Positions 44,669 through 54,275 of a stretch of DNA of 64,000 bases are shown one piece after another. The notes under the pieces were generated by a model that was not told where the DNA came from, made no database searches, and worked only from the letters and a program-made list of their open reading frames with translations. Numbering within the stretch: the first letter of the stretch is position 1; each line of letters begins with the position of its first letter. The stretch is from Limnochordia bacterium (GTDB lineage: Bacteria > Bacillota > Limnochordia > DTU087 > JAAYGB01): the NCBI GenBank assembly GCA_041687495.1, contig JAWLBR010000002.1, forward strand, positions 11,349 through 75,348. Direction: 5' to 3'. The position numbers were made by a program, and so were the translations under genes.

Positions 44669-45323
44669 CCCTGACCAGAAACAGTTTGAGCTGATGTGCG
44701 TAGTGGTGGATTTTGGCTCCGGAAGTAAGGTAATGAAAATCGCAAGGGAACACGGAGTGACAGGAGGAACCATCTGCTTAGGGTTGGGGACTATTCGCAG
44801 CTGGCTGTTAGAGCTGCTTGCCATAACAGAGGTTAGGAAAGAAATTGTCCTCATGGTTGCCGAGAAAGTGGTGGCGTACAACACTCTTGAGCAGCTGAAT
44901 AAAGATCTGAAGTTCCACAAACGTGGTCATGGAATAGCGTTCAGTACATCTGTGAAGAGTTTCATCGGGGCTGTCGATGGCAGTAGCAGTGCTTCCGAGG
45001 AAAGCAGAGGTGAGGAGAACCCAATGCACAGCGTTGTTTTTGTAGTAGTTGATAAAGGTAAAGGTGAAGAAGTTATTGACGCGGCCCGGAAAGCCGGTGC
45101 CAGAGGCGGTACCGTGATTAATGCCAGAGGCTCGGGTATCCACGAAGCCACTACGCTGTTTTCAATGGCCATAGAGCCCGAAAAGGAAATCGTGATGGTT
45201 ATCGCGAAAAATGAGCTGATTGAGGGTATCGTCACCTCGGTGCGGGAGAAGTTACGGATTGATGAGCCGGGCAACGGTATCATGTTCGTTCAGGATATCA
45301 ATAAGACATACGGGCTGTACTAG
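44658..45323 (+). CDS. Tandem P-II-like (GlnB-superfamily) signalling protein, two P-II-like domains
   Basis: Repeats ELMCVVVDFGSGSKVMKIAREHGVTGGTICLGLG and SVVFVVVDKGKGEEVIDAARKAGARGGTVINARGSG. Overlaps the DUF1538 gene by 11 nt. Confidence 0.65.
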   Translation: MDNSPDQKQFELMCVVVDFGSGSKVMKIAREHGVTGGTICLGLGTIRSWLLELLAITEVRKEIVLMVAEKVVAYNTLEQLNKDLKFHKRGHGIAFSTSVKSFIGAVDGSSSASEESRGEENPMHSVVFVVVDKGKGEEVIDAARKAGARGGTVINARGSGIHEATTLFSMAIEPEKEIVMVIAKNELIEGIVTSVREKLRIDEPGNGIMFVQDINKTYGLY

Positions 45324-45448
45324 CCAGAAGGAGATAGGGTGTTTTACAGGGGCTGACCACGCGGTTGGCCTCTGTTTTATTTTTAGGGGAGCTTATCCAG
45401 CATATGTAGACGAGTGCAGCATAGACATATGGAGAGGTTGACAACCTA

Positions 45449-46063
45449 GTGGGTTGTCTAAAAACTAAGTCCGGCCGAAGTGAGGGATGCCTAGTGCGCA
45501 GCAAGTTGGTAATGCAATGGGTTGTTGTTCTGCTGTTGTTTCTTGGCTTTACGGTGTCGGGCCACGCTGGGGTAACGGTTACTTTGGATCCACTCGGCTC
45601 CAGCTGGACGACGGGGATCGTTGTCGACAGTTTCTATGAACTTCAGGACGTTTATGTGAGCGATGTTCTGTCTTTCTCTGTAGCAGACGATGAGTACATA
45701 CCGGGTGATTACTACACCGTCACGGTGAGTGTGGACCCCGAACCAAGCACCTGGAGTAAAGCACTGATGGATCCATCCAACGTTGCCATGCACACCCAAG
45801 ATTATGAGAAAGCGTTTGACATCTTTCTGAAGGGGCCAGATAACCAGTGGTCTAATCTAGGCCACTCGGGTTCTGTGCAGGAGAACTCACCGCTGCCCCA
45901 TCTCTACGACTTGCGGCTGGTCTTGGTTCTAGTGGATCAGGAAAACTCGGTCATGGGGGAAGATACGGCGGGGGAGCCTGGGAAGCGTCGTTTTGCTGAG
46001 CTGCCTAGCGGACATTATGAGACCGACGTAGTCGTTACAGTAGCCCAGGGTTACAACCCCTAA
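45449..46063 (+). CDS. Secreted hypothetical protein, paralogue 1 of a pair (candidate surface/fibre subunit)
   Basis: GTG at 45449 (or ATG at 45512), with a signal peptide. The C-terminal block GEPGKRRFAELPSGHYETDVVVTVAQGYNP is shared with the next gene. Confidence 0.55.
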   Translation: MGCLKTKSGRSEGCLVRSKLVMQWVVVLLLFLGFTVSGHAGVTVTLDPLGSSWTTGIVVDSFYELQDVYVSDVLSFSVADDEYIPGDYYTVTVSVDPEPSTWSKALMDPSNVAMHTQDYEKAFDIFLKGPDNQWSNLGHSGSVQENSPLPHLYDLRLVLVLVDQENSVMGEDTAGEPGKRRFAELPSGHYETDVVVTVAQGYNP

Positions 46064-46303
46064 AGAGTCATCTCCATTTTTTTCTAGGATTTTGGTGTCA
46101 CCAACTAGCCGAAGCGACCATAGGATAGCGTGAAAGGAGGGAGTGGTCACCTAGGTTGGTTTTCTCAGGCGTCTACAAGTGCAGATACCAGAGAACAGGC
46201 CGAAGTAATCTCCAAATGTAATCACCTCGGCCGCAGACAAGGCAAAGCCCTATGGCGCATCACGATCCTAACTTAAGAAAATGGAGAACGGAGGAATTGA
46301 TGG

Positions 46304-46975
46304 ATGAAAAGGCTATCCGTTGTCGGCTTAGTTGTGGCTTTCTGCATGGTGTTTTCGGTGGCAGCGTTCGCTGCTGATGATACGGGAGCAGCTACCTTGA
46401 CGACCGAAGTTCTCAGCCCCTACGTAGAGTGGGTATGGGACGACGCTAACGGCTACAATCTAATCAACGCTTCTTTAGGACTGGACAATGTATATCTGTT
46501 CTCTCAAGAGTTCAAGGTCCGGTCTACCACTTCCTATAGCATTTCCGCCGAGATAACGGCTGATTGGCCGGGCGTAGTGATGGATGACTCCAATGCAGCT
46601 GTGGCCCACAGAGACGAACATGATGCGGCTTTTGATATCGCTGCAACATTCCGTAACTACGAGAAGTGGCTGCAGTTTGACAAACCAATTGTCAACAAGT
46701 GGACCGGTTGGATCAACAACGCTCGCTCGCATTATGGGTTCCTCGCCCGCAGTATCAATACTCTGGGTACCCCAGACAATGAGGTCGTCCATTCCTTGGG
46801 CGTGGCTCTAGTACTTGTAGACGACGTGGCCTATAAGGGAGTTAGCACCGGAGCTCCTGGCGACGATTCGACACCTACAGCCGGTACTATGGGCAAGCGG
46901 CGTTTTGCAGAGTTGCCTGCCGGCACCTACACAGCCGATGTAGTGGTAACTGTTAAGCAAAACCCGATGTATTAA
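46304..46975 (+). CDS. Secreted hypothetical protein, paralogue 2
   Basis: RBS AACGGAGGAA, signal peptide MKRLSVVGLVVAFCMVFSVAAFA. It shares three blocks with paralogue 1 (AFDI..., LVLVD..., GKRRFAELPAGTYTADVVVTVKQNP). Confidence 0.6.
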   Translation: MKRLSVVGLVVAFCMVFSVAAFAADDTGAATLTTEVLSPYVEWVWDDANGYNLINASLGLDNVYLFSQEFKVRSTTSYSISAEITADWPGVVMDDSNAAVAHRDEHDAAFDIAATFRNYEKWLQFDKPIVNKWTGWINNARSHYGFLARSINTLGTPDNEVVHSLGVALVLVDDVAYKGVSTGAPGDDSTPTAGTMGKRRFAELPAGTYTADVVVTVKQNPMY

Positions 46976-47167
46976 TTGGTCTAGGAAGCATTTGACAGAA
47001 GCAAAGCACTGCCCTTAAAAGGCAGACAGCTGATTTATATATAGTTTAAGACGGATTGGGGAGATGCTTCTTGTCTCCCCAGTCCGACTCTTGGATTTGT
47101 TTTTTTGTCCGGGGCAAGTCGGTCAGCATCGGGAGAGTCCTTCCCGAATTCACTGATGGGAGAGGAT

Positions 47168-48010
47168 ATGATGAAACAACACAAGTTGGGCGTAGTGATG
47201 GCATGCATATTGGTAGCCTTTTGCACATTGCATGTTGCTGCCTCTGCACCGTTTGCCGTTGATCAACAAATCGTTGAGCACAACATGGATGCCGGAGGTA
47301 GAGTGTCGGGGTCTATCGTCGCGACTAATCCTGGAGACCAACCGGTGAAGATTAATATCGTTCCAGTGGACTATGTTCGCAACGCCAAAGGCGATACTGT
47401 TAAGGCAACCCAGGAGCAGCTGGAGCGGTCGTTGTTCCCCTACATAGCTCTGTCGGCAAGTTCGCTGACGCTTGAACCTAAGAGCTCTGCCAAACTGGAC
47501 TATATCATTGACATGCCCGAAACGGCAGAGGGAAGCTATTGGTTGGCGGTGTACTTTGAGCCTGAAACCGGGACAGTGGTTCAGGGCGGAGCTTTGGAAG
47601 GGCGCCCAGAGGTAACTTTCAACTTCAACCTGAAAATTCGCTATGAGGTCATGTTTCTGGTCACCATCAACGGAACGGACAACCCCAACGGGGCGGTAAC
47701 GGGAATGCGCCAGATCTCCCAGTCCGACGGATTGGCCTTTGAGGTGGATTTTCGCAACACGGGCAACGTCTACTATGGGGCCGGTGGTCGCGTTGAGATC
47801 CGCGATCAAACGGGAGCGACGGTGGCGGAACTACCACTTGAGCGGACCTTTGCTCTGCCCAACCAGTCGTATACCTTTGAGGTGAGCGACGGGTCGCTGC
47901 AGCTGCCTCCCGGTGACTATATTGCCCTTGCGGTAGTGGATTTCGGAGGCGACAAGTTGGTAGCCGGTCAACTCCGGTTTGCGATCCATGGGAGGGAGGA
48001 AGCAAGGTGA
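47168..48010 (+). CDS. Secreted two-domain beta-sandwich protein (PapD-like chaperone-like or DUF916/DUF3324-like)
   Basis: ATGATG start after GGGAGAGGA, with a signal peptide. Two beta-rich domains each carry a V.V.N.G..P-type strand pattern. The stop overlaps the GTG of the next gene (GTGA). Confidence 0.45.
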   Translation: MMKQHKLGVVMACILVAFCTLHVAASAPFAVDQQIVEHNMDAGGRVSGSIVATNPGDQPVKINIVPVDYVRNAKGDTVKATQEQLERSLFPYIALSASSLTLEPKSSAKLDYIIDMPETAEGSYWLAVYFEPETGTVVQGGALEGRPEVTFNFNLKIRYEVMFLVTINGTDNPNGAVTGMRQISQSDGLAFEVDFRNTGNVYYGAGGRVEIRDQTGATVAELPLERTFALPNQSYTFEVSDGSLQLPPGDYIALAVVDFGGDKLVAGQLRFAIHGREEAR

Positions 48011-50715
48011 GCAGAGCACGGCTTGGAATCGTTGCCGCCGTTTTACTTCTGAGCAGTCTGATGTGTACCACATCTTACGGAGCAAGCTCGGACGGGTTGG
48101 TGAAGTTGGCGTTGGTGGGCGACACCACCGTACAGCCGGGCTCGTTTGTCACCTTAGTAGCGCACCTTGAGGGCGCCTCCTTTACACAGCAGGTTTACCG
48201 TACGACAGTGGTCGTACCTGACGGGTGGACTGTGCTGCCGCTGCCTGATCAGACCGCAGTCAGCTCCAGTCAGCCTGAGTTGTTGTTTGTAACTCTAGGC
48301 GTGCCGAGTACGGCGCCGGCTGGGGTGCACTCGGTGACCATAGACCTAAACACGCCGGATGGCAGTCTTGTGCAGACGGCCAACATTGATATTGAGGTCT
48401 TGCGCAGGCGGTCTATTACCATAAGCCAAAAATCAGTACCTCGGCTGTATCCGGGTGAGACGGGTACGGTGGTTTTGGTTGTGCATAACTCGGGTAACAG
48501 TCGTGAAGTGATCTCGGGCGATATTGAGCCGGACTCTGGCTGGGGGGTCAGCCCGACTAGATTTGCTAGCCAGTTGGAGCCAGGCGATACTACCTCCATC
48601 GAGCTGGCAATATCGGTCCCGACCAAGGTCGGTGAAGGGGTGCGACAGCGCGCCGAAGTTACGGTGGGAACGGCAGATAAGGATCTGCGTGAGGTGTTTG
48701 GGGTTCGGACCCACATCCTCCCACCTTTCCCTGGGTCAGTTCCGCCCTTAAGACCGGATGCACTAAACGCGTTAGTAACTGTTAGCTCAGGCGATGTGCT
48801 CGAAGACATCGTGCGTCCGGCCCTCTGGTTTTCCGCTTACGGAACCGTTGGAGATCGGCATGAACTGGATCTAAGAGCTAAAGTCGATACTGATGCAAAT
48901 GGGAGCACGGATATTGACCATGTAGGATTTGACTATGCACGGGCCCCTTGGTCGGTGAGCTTTGACTGGAACCCCGGTGCCTACTCCGACCGGTATAGAT
49001 ATCTAGTAGGGTATGATCGAGATCCGTGGTCACTGGCTGCCGGAGATATTGACCTAGAGCTAAGCCCCCTCGTTACCGCTAGGGGCAGAGGAGCCAGTGC
49101 TCGGTACTTCGCTCGAAAAAGCGGAATGGACTACGGAGCATTCTGGCTGGATGACAATGCCGGTGGTACCGTAGGCAAAGAGTGGACATCGGGCAACCTG
49201 AGGTTAACCGTACTCAACCGCCCCGAACTTGGAGGCAGTCTGTTTAGTATCAGCGCTGAACAGCAGTTGACTAAGCGCCTGCGAGTCGATGGTGAACACG
49301 TCAGCGTCGATGGTGACAATGCCTGGGCTGTGGGCGCCAACTGGGCTGGCGATAGGATGGACGTAGAGGGTCGGTACTATTGGTATGGCACGGATTACCC
49401 TGAAGCAGAAGCCGGTGATGAGGGCTATGAGCTAACTGCATCGGGCAGCCTCGGCTCCACGTCGATGACTGTGCGGGTGGAAGACATGCGGGATAGCGTT
49501 GTCTACGACCCGAACGCTCGGATTGTGGCTCGAAGGTCCATTTCTGCCTGGACAGATACACCGATTGGGACCAATCGCTTGAACACCTATGTAAATCGTG
49601 ACGATGCAGAGAGCGTATATCTGCCGGCGGGTACTTCACCTGTTGATAGTGAGTCTTGGTCGGCAGCAGCCAGTTTCCGCAGCCCGCAAGAGAACTGGTT
49701 CTGGGAAGTGGGCGGATCGTTGGACTCATACGAGAACAAGGTGACGGATGAGGGATGGGCGGAGGTGTACCTTGGCCCGACTATTGGTCGCAGCTGGGAT
49801 AGAACCCGTGTTTCCGGTGGCTTGGGACTTGTCGGATCAGGAGATACGCTGGATGAAGCCATAGATGAGGCGAGATTGGGGCCTCGGGCTGACTTGTACT
49901 ATCGTCCATATCTTTCTTGGTTTGACTATGTAGGCGTCTCGTATCGAGGCGGGGAGAATCCTGATACTAGGCTGAGGGCAGGACTGGGCTTTGGGAAACC
50001 CGATTTTCGGGTTACCGTTACTGGCCAAGGCAGGTTCTACAAGGGCGAAGAGGATTGGCGCCTGATGCTTGGGCTCAGCAAGCGGTTTGCTCTACCGGTG
50101 CCAGGTGCATACTCGAAGGGGCAAATTCGAGGTCGCGTTTTCACCGGTGAAGGCGACGCTGTTCGTGGCCTGGGCAAGATTGTCTTGGCCATTGATCGCA
50201 CTCGGGTATCAACCGATGCTGATGGTTACTTCGTGTTCCCGCCCATGCCAGAGGGCGAGTACCTAGTCACGTTCGATGGTCTTCCAGTTACCTATCAGCC
50301 GCTGGTCGAGGTGCCCATGCTGGTCAGTGTCCAGCATGGCAGGATCAGCGATGTGGAGATCCCGGTTAGGTCAGCGGCGCAGGTCGTCGGGAGAGTCTAC
50401 CTGACCGACCCAGACCAAAATGAACGCAGTATTCTCCGGCCTGCTGGGGTCAAGGGAATTGCTGTTCAGCTCTGGCAGGAAAACGAGCTCGTGGACACTG
50501 CCATCTCTGATGACAACGGGTATTATCAATTGTCAGGGATGCAGCCTGGGCAGTATCGGGTGACTGTTGATTCGACCAGCCTCGGGGCAAGGTATGAACT
50601 TGTGACCGATGAAACTACGGACATCGAAGTCGACGCAACCAGCAGCCATCGGGTGAATTTCGGGGTTGGGCACAAGACACTAGACATTGAAATCACCTTC
50701 GAGGGTGAAAGCTAA
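48007..50715 (+). CDS. Large secreted multi-domain protein: N-terminal Ig-like (CARDB/NEW3-like) repeats, central Trp/Tyr/Asp-rich beta-barrel-like region, two C-terminal carboxypeptidase-regulatory-like (transthyretin-fold) domains
   Basis: GTG after GGAGGGAGG, with a signal peptide. N-terminal repeats carry the PGETGTVVLVVHNSGNS pattern. The central region has alternating amphipathic strands. C-terminal domains carry GRVFTGEGDAVRGLGKIVLAI...DADGYFVF and GRVYLTDPDQ...DDNGYYQLSGMQPGQYRVTV. Confidence 0.55.
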   Translation: MSRARLGIVAAVLLLSSLMCTTSYGASSDGLVKLALVGDTTVQPGSFVTLVAHLEGASFTQQVYRTTVVVPDGWTVLPLPDQTAVSSSQPELLFVTLGVPSTAPAGVHSVTIDLNTPDGSLVQTANIDIEVLRRRSITISQKSVPRLYPGETGTVVLVVHNSGNSREVISGDIEPDSGWGVSPTRFASQLEPGDTTSIELAISVPTKVGEGVRQRAEVTVGTADKDLREVFGVRTHILPPFPGSVPPLRPDALNALVTVSSGDVLEDIVRPALWFSAYGTVGDRHELDLRAKVDTDANGSTDIDHVGFDYARAPWSVSFDWNPGAYSDRYRYLVGYDRDPWSLAAGDIDLELSPLVTARGRGASARYFARKSGMDYGAFWLDDNAGGTVGKEWTSGNLRLTVLNRPELGGSLFSISAEQQLTKRLRVDGEHVSVDGDNAWAVGANWAGDRMDVEGRYYWYGTDYPEAEAGDEGYELTASGSLGSTSMTVRVEDMRDSVVYDPNARIVARRSISAWTDTPIGTNRLNTYVNRDDAESVYLPAGTSPVDSESWSAAASFRSPQENWFWEVGGSLDSYENKVTDEGWAEVYLGPTIGRSWDRTRVSGGLGLVGSGDTLDEAIDEARLGPRADLYYRPYLSWFDYVGVSYRGGENPDTRLRAGLGFGKPDFRVTVTGQGRFYKGEEDWRLMLGLSKRFALPVPGAYSKGQIRGRVFTGEGDAVRGLGKIVLAIDRTRVSTDADGYFVFPPMPEGEYLVTFDGLPVTYQPLVEVPMLVSVQHGRISDVEIPVRSAAQVVGRVYLTDPDQNERSILRPAGVKGIAVQLWQENELVDTAISDDNGYYQLSGMQPGQYRVTVDSTSLGARYELVTDETTDIEVDATSSHRVNFGVGHKTLDIEITFEGES

Positions 50716-50923
50716 GGTGTGAGCAATAGCTATGGACCAAAAGGCCCTGTCAATCTGGCAGGGCCTTTGCGCTGGGTGCTGTTCCTCCCGCATTTGCGCT
50801 ATGCAAGTTCTTGTTCGGTGAGTGACACTGCTCAAGATGCAAGGTATCTTGTCCTTCATAGCCAATGGTTAATATTAGTGCATTTACTTGACCATATCAA
50901 TTGGATGAATCGAGGGAACTGCG

Positions 50924-51514
50924 ATGGAAAACCAGGTGCTAGGAAACATTCGCAAGCGGAGAAGCATTCGAGCATACAAGCCAGAACAGCTGGCAGATGA
51001 CGAGCTTTCCCAGATCATTGAGGCGGGTCGCTTCGCCCCCAGTGGCGGCAATAACCAAACCAGTCACTTTGTCGTTGTGCAAAACGCCCAGACTCTCAAC
51101 AAACTCAAGAGATTGGTGGTTGCAGAGTTTGCCAAGATGGAGGTAGCAGAGGACACGTACAAGAGTCTCAAGACCTCCATCCTCCGGTCCAAGAAAGGCG
51201 ACTATGACTTCATTTTTGGCGCCCCAACTTTGATCATTGCCAGCAATCGCCGGGGATACGGGAATGCCATGGCTGACTGTGCCGTCGCTTTAGAGAACAT
51301 GATGCTAGCGGCCACCTCTCTTCAGATCGGTTCTTGCTGGATCAACCAGCTTCGTTGGTTAGCGGATAATGAGCACGTGAAAGAGTACTTGACAAAACTG
51401 GAAATTTCGGAGGATGAGATCGTCTGTGGAGCCCTTGCCTTGGGCTACCCAGACCAACAGATGCCCTCAGAACCTCTCCCCAGAAAGGGAAACAGGGTGA
51501 CGTACATTAGATAA
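50924..51514 (+). CDS. Nitroreductase-family NAD(P)H-dependent oxidoreductase
   Basis: RRSIRAY...APSGGNNQ motif, 196 aa. Confidence 0.85.
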   Translation: MENQVLGNIRKRRSIRAYKPEQLADDELSQIIEAGRFAPSGGNNQTSHFVVVQNAQTLNKLKRLVVAEFAKMEVAEDTYKSLKTSILRSKKGDYDFIFGAPTLIIASNRRGYGNAMADCAVALENMMLAATSLQIGSCWINQLRWLADNEHVKEYLTKLEISEDEIVCGALALGYPDQQMPSEPLPRKGNRVTYIR

Positions 51515-51867
51515 TTGAGTGTGCTGTTAAGGCACTGGCTTGGCCAGTGCCTTAACTATGTCGTCTGCACTAAAACGCCAATTCGCGCAAAAATGCTGCC
51601 CTTTGGGCCAAGCCCAGGCAAATGCCTGGGTCCTTTCGCGCCTTCATACCTATGACATCCCGCGAAACTTCACATCTACCCGCCTCATATTACAGAACAT
51701 GTATAATTAAGGGAAAAATGCCAATAATAAGAGAGGCTGAATGAGCCCTCTGAGTAGATTCTGGTATAGGGATGATGAGACAGGCGAAGTAGGGGGGCTT
51801 GTTTCGCTTAGCCCGAAAGAGCTTTACGGCAGAGGTATCAATACTATGACTAGTGGGGGTAAGCAGA

Positions 51868-52701
51868 GTGAAAAAGTTTGGCGTCTTGGCTGTTGTGTGT
51901 GCCCTGTTGCTTGCGACTTCGGTGGTGTCCGCTGAGGGGATTACCCTTAAGGGTGGAGCCTGGTTTGTGGACGTTGATGGGTCTCTAGGAGCTGATGCGA
52001 ATATCTCCGCGTGGGAACCCGCGAGTCTTGATGCTACTTTCGGTGAAGATGATACTAACTACTACATAGCTGGTAGCGGAGATTTTGGGAAGATTGGCGT
52101 AACTGGCTTTTATGGCACTGCCAGTGCCTCTAATCCGAAGGCTATGCTTGACATTTCGGTCTCTGACACACCATTCGAGTCTTTGAGTGGTACCTTAGAT
52201 GGTGCGTCACTGCAGGCAGATGCCTTCTATGGTTTGGCTGGGTGGAATCTTGGGGCAATCTCAGTTGGTGGAGGTTGGGCCTACATGGACCACTTGCTCA
52301 CAGTACCGCTGTTTGATGATGATACCGTCAAAGTGAAGGGCGAGGCTAGAGGCGATGGGTTTGCTGTCGGGGCTTTTGGGTCCTATCCACTAGCCGAAAA
52401 GGTCGACGTCTTTGGCACCCTCTACTATGTCCCTTGGGCCGACATCATGGCGAAGGCATCAGTGGCAGGCGAAGGGTTGGATATCAGCCTTGCGCAAGAC
52501 TTCGACGGAAGTATGTGGGGACTGGACGTTGGAGTATCCTACAGCTTTACTGAGACCTTTGGGATCGAGGCTGGCTATCGAAATTTCGAGCTAAATGCAG
52601 ATCAGAAGACGCTACTAAGCATCCCCGGTCTTATCGAGATAGCCGGCGATGGTTCCACTGCAATGGATGGTTTCTATGTAGGGGCTAAGGTGGTTTTCTA
52701 G
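51868..52701 (+). CDS. Putative outer-membrane beta-barrel protein (porin/OmpW-like size class)
   Basis: GTG at 51868 after GGGGGTAAG. Signal peptide KKFGVLAVVCALLLATSVVSAEG, alternating-residue strands throughout, and a C-terminal aromatic residue (…YVGAKVVF). Confidence 0.5.
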   Translation: MKKFGVLAVVCALLLATSVVSAEGITLKGGAWFVDVDGSLGADANISAWEPASLDATFGEDDTNYYIAGSGDFGKIGVTGFYGTASASNPKAMLDISVSDTPFESLSGTLDGASLQADAFYGLAGWNLGAISVGGGWAYMDHLLTVPLFDDDTVKVKGEARGDGFAVGAFGSYPLAEKVDVFGTLYYVPWADIMAKASVAGEGLDISLAQDFDGSMWGLDVGVSYSFTETFGIEAGYRNFELNADQKTLLSIPGLIEIAGDGSTAMDGFYVGAKVVF

Positions 52702-52754
52702 GCTAGCTAGTATGGAATGAATTGAAATCCTCATCATCCTTGCTTTGCATCGCT

Positions 52755-52786
52755 AACGGTCGCTTTTCGCGGCCGTTTTCCTTTTA
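52755..52786 (+). terminator. Rho-independent terminator after the OMP-like gene
   Basis: AACGGTCGC-ttttc-GCGGCCGTT hairpin followed by TTCCTTTT. Confidence 0.55.
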
Positions 52787-52904
52787 GGAGGTCCTGCGTG
52801 GGGGTGGTAGTTTAGCTGTTCCACTAAATGGCTGCGGCTTTTGACACAGGAACTCTCTCTGCCTATGTTGAAGAAGAGCCCAAATAGTTGTTTGTGGTCA
52901 CAGA

Positions 52905-54275
52905 ATGGTTGGTGTTACAGTGGTAAAGCTCCCAATAAGAACAACGTCATCCAAACCCTACGATCGCGGGGAGCACGGGGTAGCGTTTGTCCTGGTCATG
53001 GTCCTAATTCCAGTTGTCCTTATCTATGGAGGTGCGCTCCTGCAGGGTGTTCTTCATGACGCCAGGAGCGTTGACTTGGAGCAAAAGCGGTTGAAGGCCT
53101 ATTACCTTGCCAGGTCCGGAGCTGTTGCTGTGTTACAGTGGGCTCAGAGCAACTCCGTCACGGATCTTCTAGGACAGCAATCAGCGCCAGTCAGTTTGGG
53201 GGAAGGCGCTTTCTCGGTCGAAGTCATTGAGGATGCAGATGGGTCGATTATTATCAAATCCACTGGGACTGTCGATGGGGTGTCTCAGGTAGTTAAGGTT
53301 CGGCCCCAACCACAGGAGGTAGCCTTTGACAGCGCGCTTTTTTCGTCTGGAGATATCACTCTTAAGGGCAGCGCCGGTATCACAGGTCAAGTTATGACTA
53401 ATTCATCGGAGCCCGGAAGCATCAGTATTAGTGGCTCGGGAGGTATCAGGATCGACGGCAATGTTTACATCGGACCACAAGGGAATCCGTTGGAAGTGGT
53501 TGTCGGTTCCAACAATCTTAACCCTTTTGCCGTTGTGAGTGGCGAAATCAGCAACTTGCAGGAAGCCCGCAATTATCCGACGCCACTCCTCCCGGATTTT
53601 CCCAACCTACCTCAGGTTCGAGATGGTGGTCCCATCAGCGGTGGAGTGCTGAAAGTAGAAGGCGGCAAATACAAGACCTATACCTTAACAGAGGGCGGCT
53701 ACTTCCAGTCCATAGAGGTTAAGGGGAATGGTGCTTTGTACATCAACGTCGGATCGGCTGACATGCAAATCCGAACACGCAATTTAGATATTAGTCAAGG
53801 TCACATCATTGTTCAGGGCAGTGGCAACCTGCAAATCTACGTCGAAGATTCCTTTAGTATCGGTGGAAGTAGTACCGTTAATGCCGGCGGTTCTCTTGAC
53901 GACGTGACAGTTTTTCACAGAGGAAGCGAGACTATTGATATTGGAGGCGCGGTGGTGTTCAAGGGATCACTGGTGTCTGAGTCAGCCAATGTAGAGCTTG
54001 GCGGTAGTGGAGCGGTAACCGGTCACTTGATTACAGGCGGCTCACAGGTTAGTGTCCAGGGCAGTGCCGATGCTGAGACCAGGCTGCTTTATGCTCCCAA
54101 CGCTGACATTAGTGTGAAGGGTAGTGGATACATCCGCGGGGCAGTAATCGGCAGGACCATCGATGTTTCGGGCAGTGCGCACGTGACCTTTGTGGATGTT
54201 GATCTGGACTCAATCCCAGTCAATCTTTCCGGTGCAGGAGGGTCGGCAGGTGCGTCCAAACCTATGTGGCTTTAG
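52905..54275 (+). CDS. PilX-N-domain-like type IV pilus minor component with Gly/Ser-rich beta-helix-like C-terminal region
   Basis: Hydrophobic N-terminus then LKAYYLARSGAVAV (the PilX_N signature AYYxAEAG-like), followed by a long GS(G)xGxxG repeat region. The start is uncertain (52905 or an internal site). Confidence 0.45.
   Translation: MVGVTVVKLPIRTTSSKPYDRGEHGVAFVLVMVLIPVVLIYGGALLQGVLHDARSVDLEQKRLKAYYLARSGAVAVLQWAQSNSVTDLLGQQSAPVSLGEGAFSVEVIEDADGSIIIKSTGTVDGVSQVVKVRPQPQEVAFDSALFSSGDITLKGSAGITGQVMTNSSEPGSISISGSGGIRIDGNVYIGPQGNPLEVVVGSNNLNPFAVVSGEISNLQEARNYPTPLLPDFPNLPQVRDGGPISGGVLKVEGGKYKTYTLTEGGYFQSIEVKGNGALYINVGSADMQIRTRNLDISQGHIIVQGSGNLQIYVEDSFSIGGSSTVNAGGSLDDVTVFHRGSETIDIGGAVVFKGSLVSESANVELGGSGAVTGHLITGGSQVSVQGSADAETRLLYAPNADISVKGSGYIRGAVIGRTIDVSGSAHVTFVDVDLDSIPVNLSGAGGSAGASKPMWL

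Noticed and set aside
45449-46975. Assigning the two small secreted paralogues to the WxL domain family
   Set aside because: The C-terminal strand (TYTADVVVTVKQNP) only loosely resembles the terminal WxL motif (…TW.L…P) and lacks the tryptophans. I kept it as one hypothesis within the finding rather than as a feature call.
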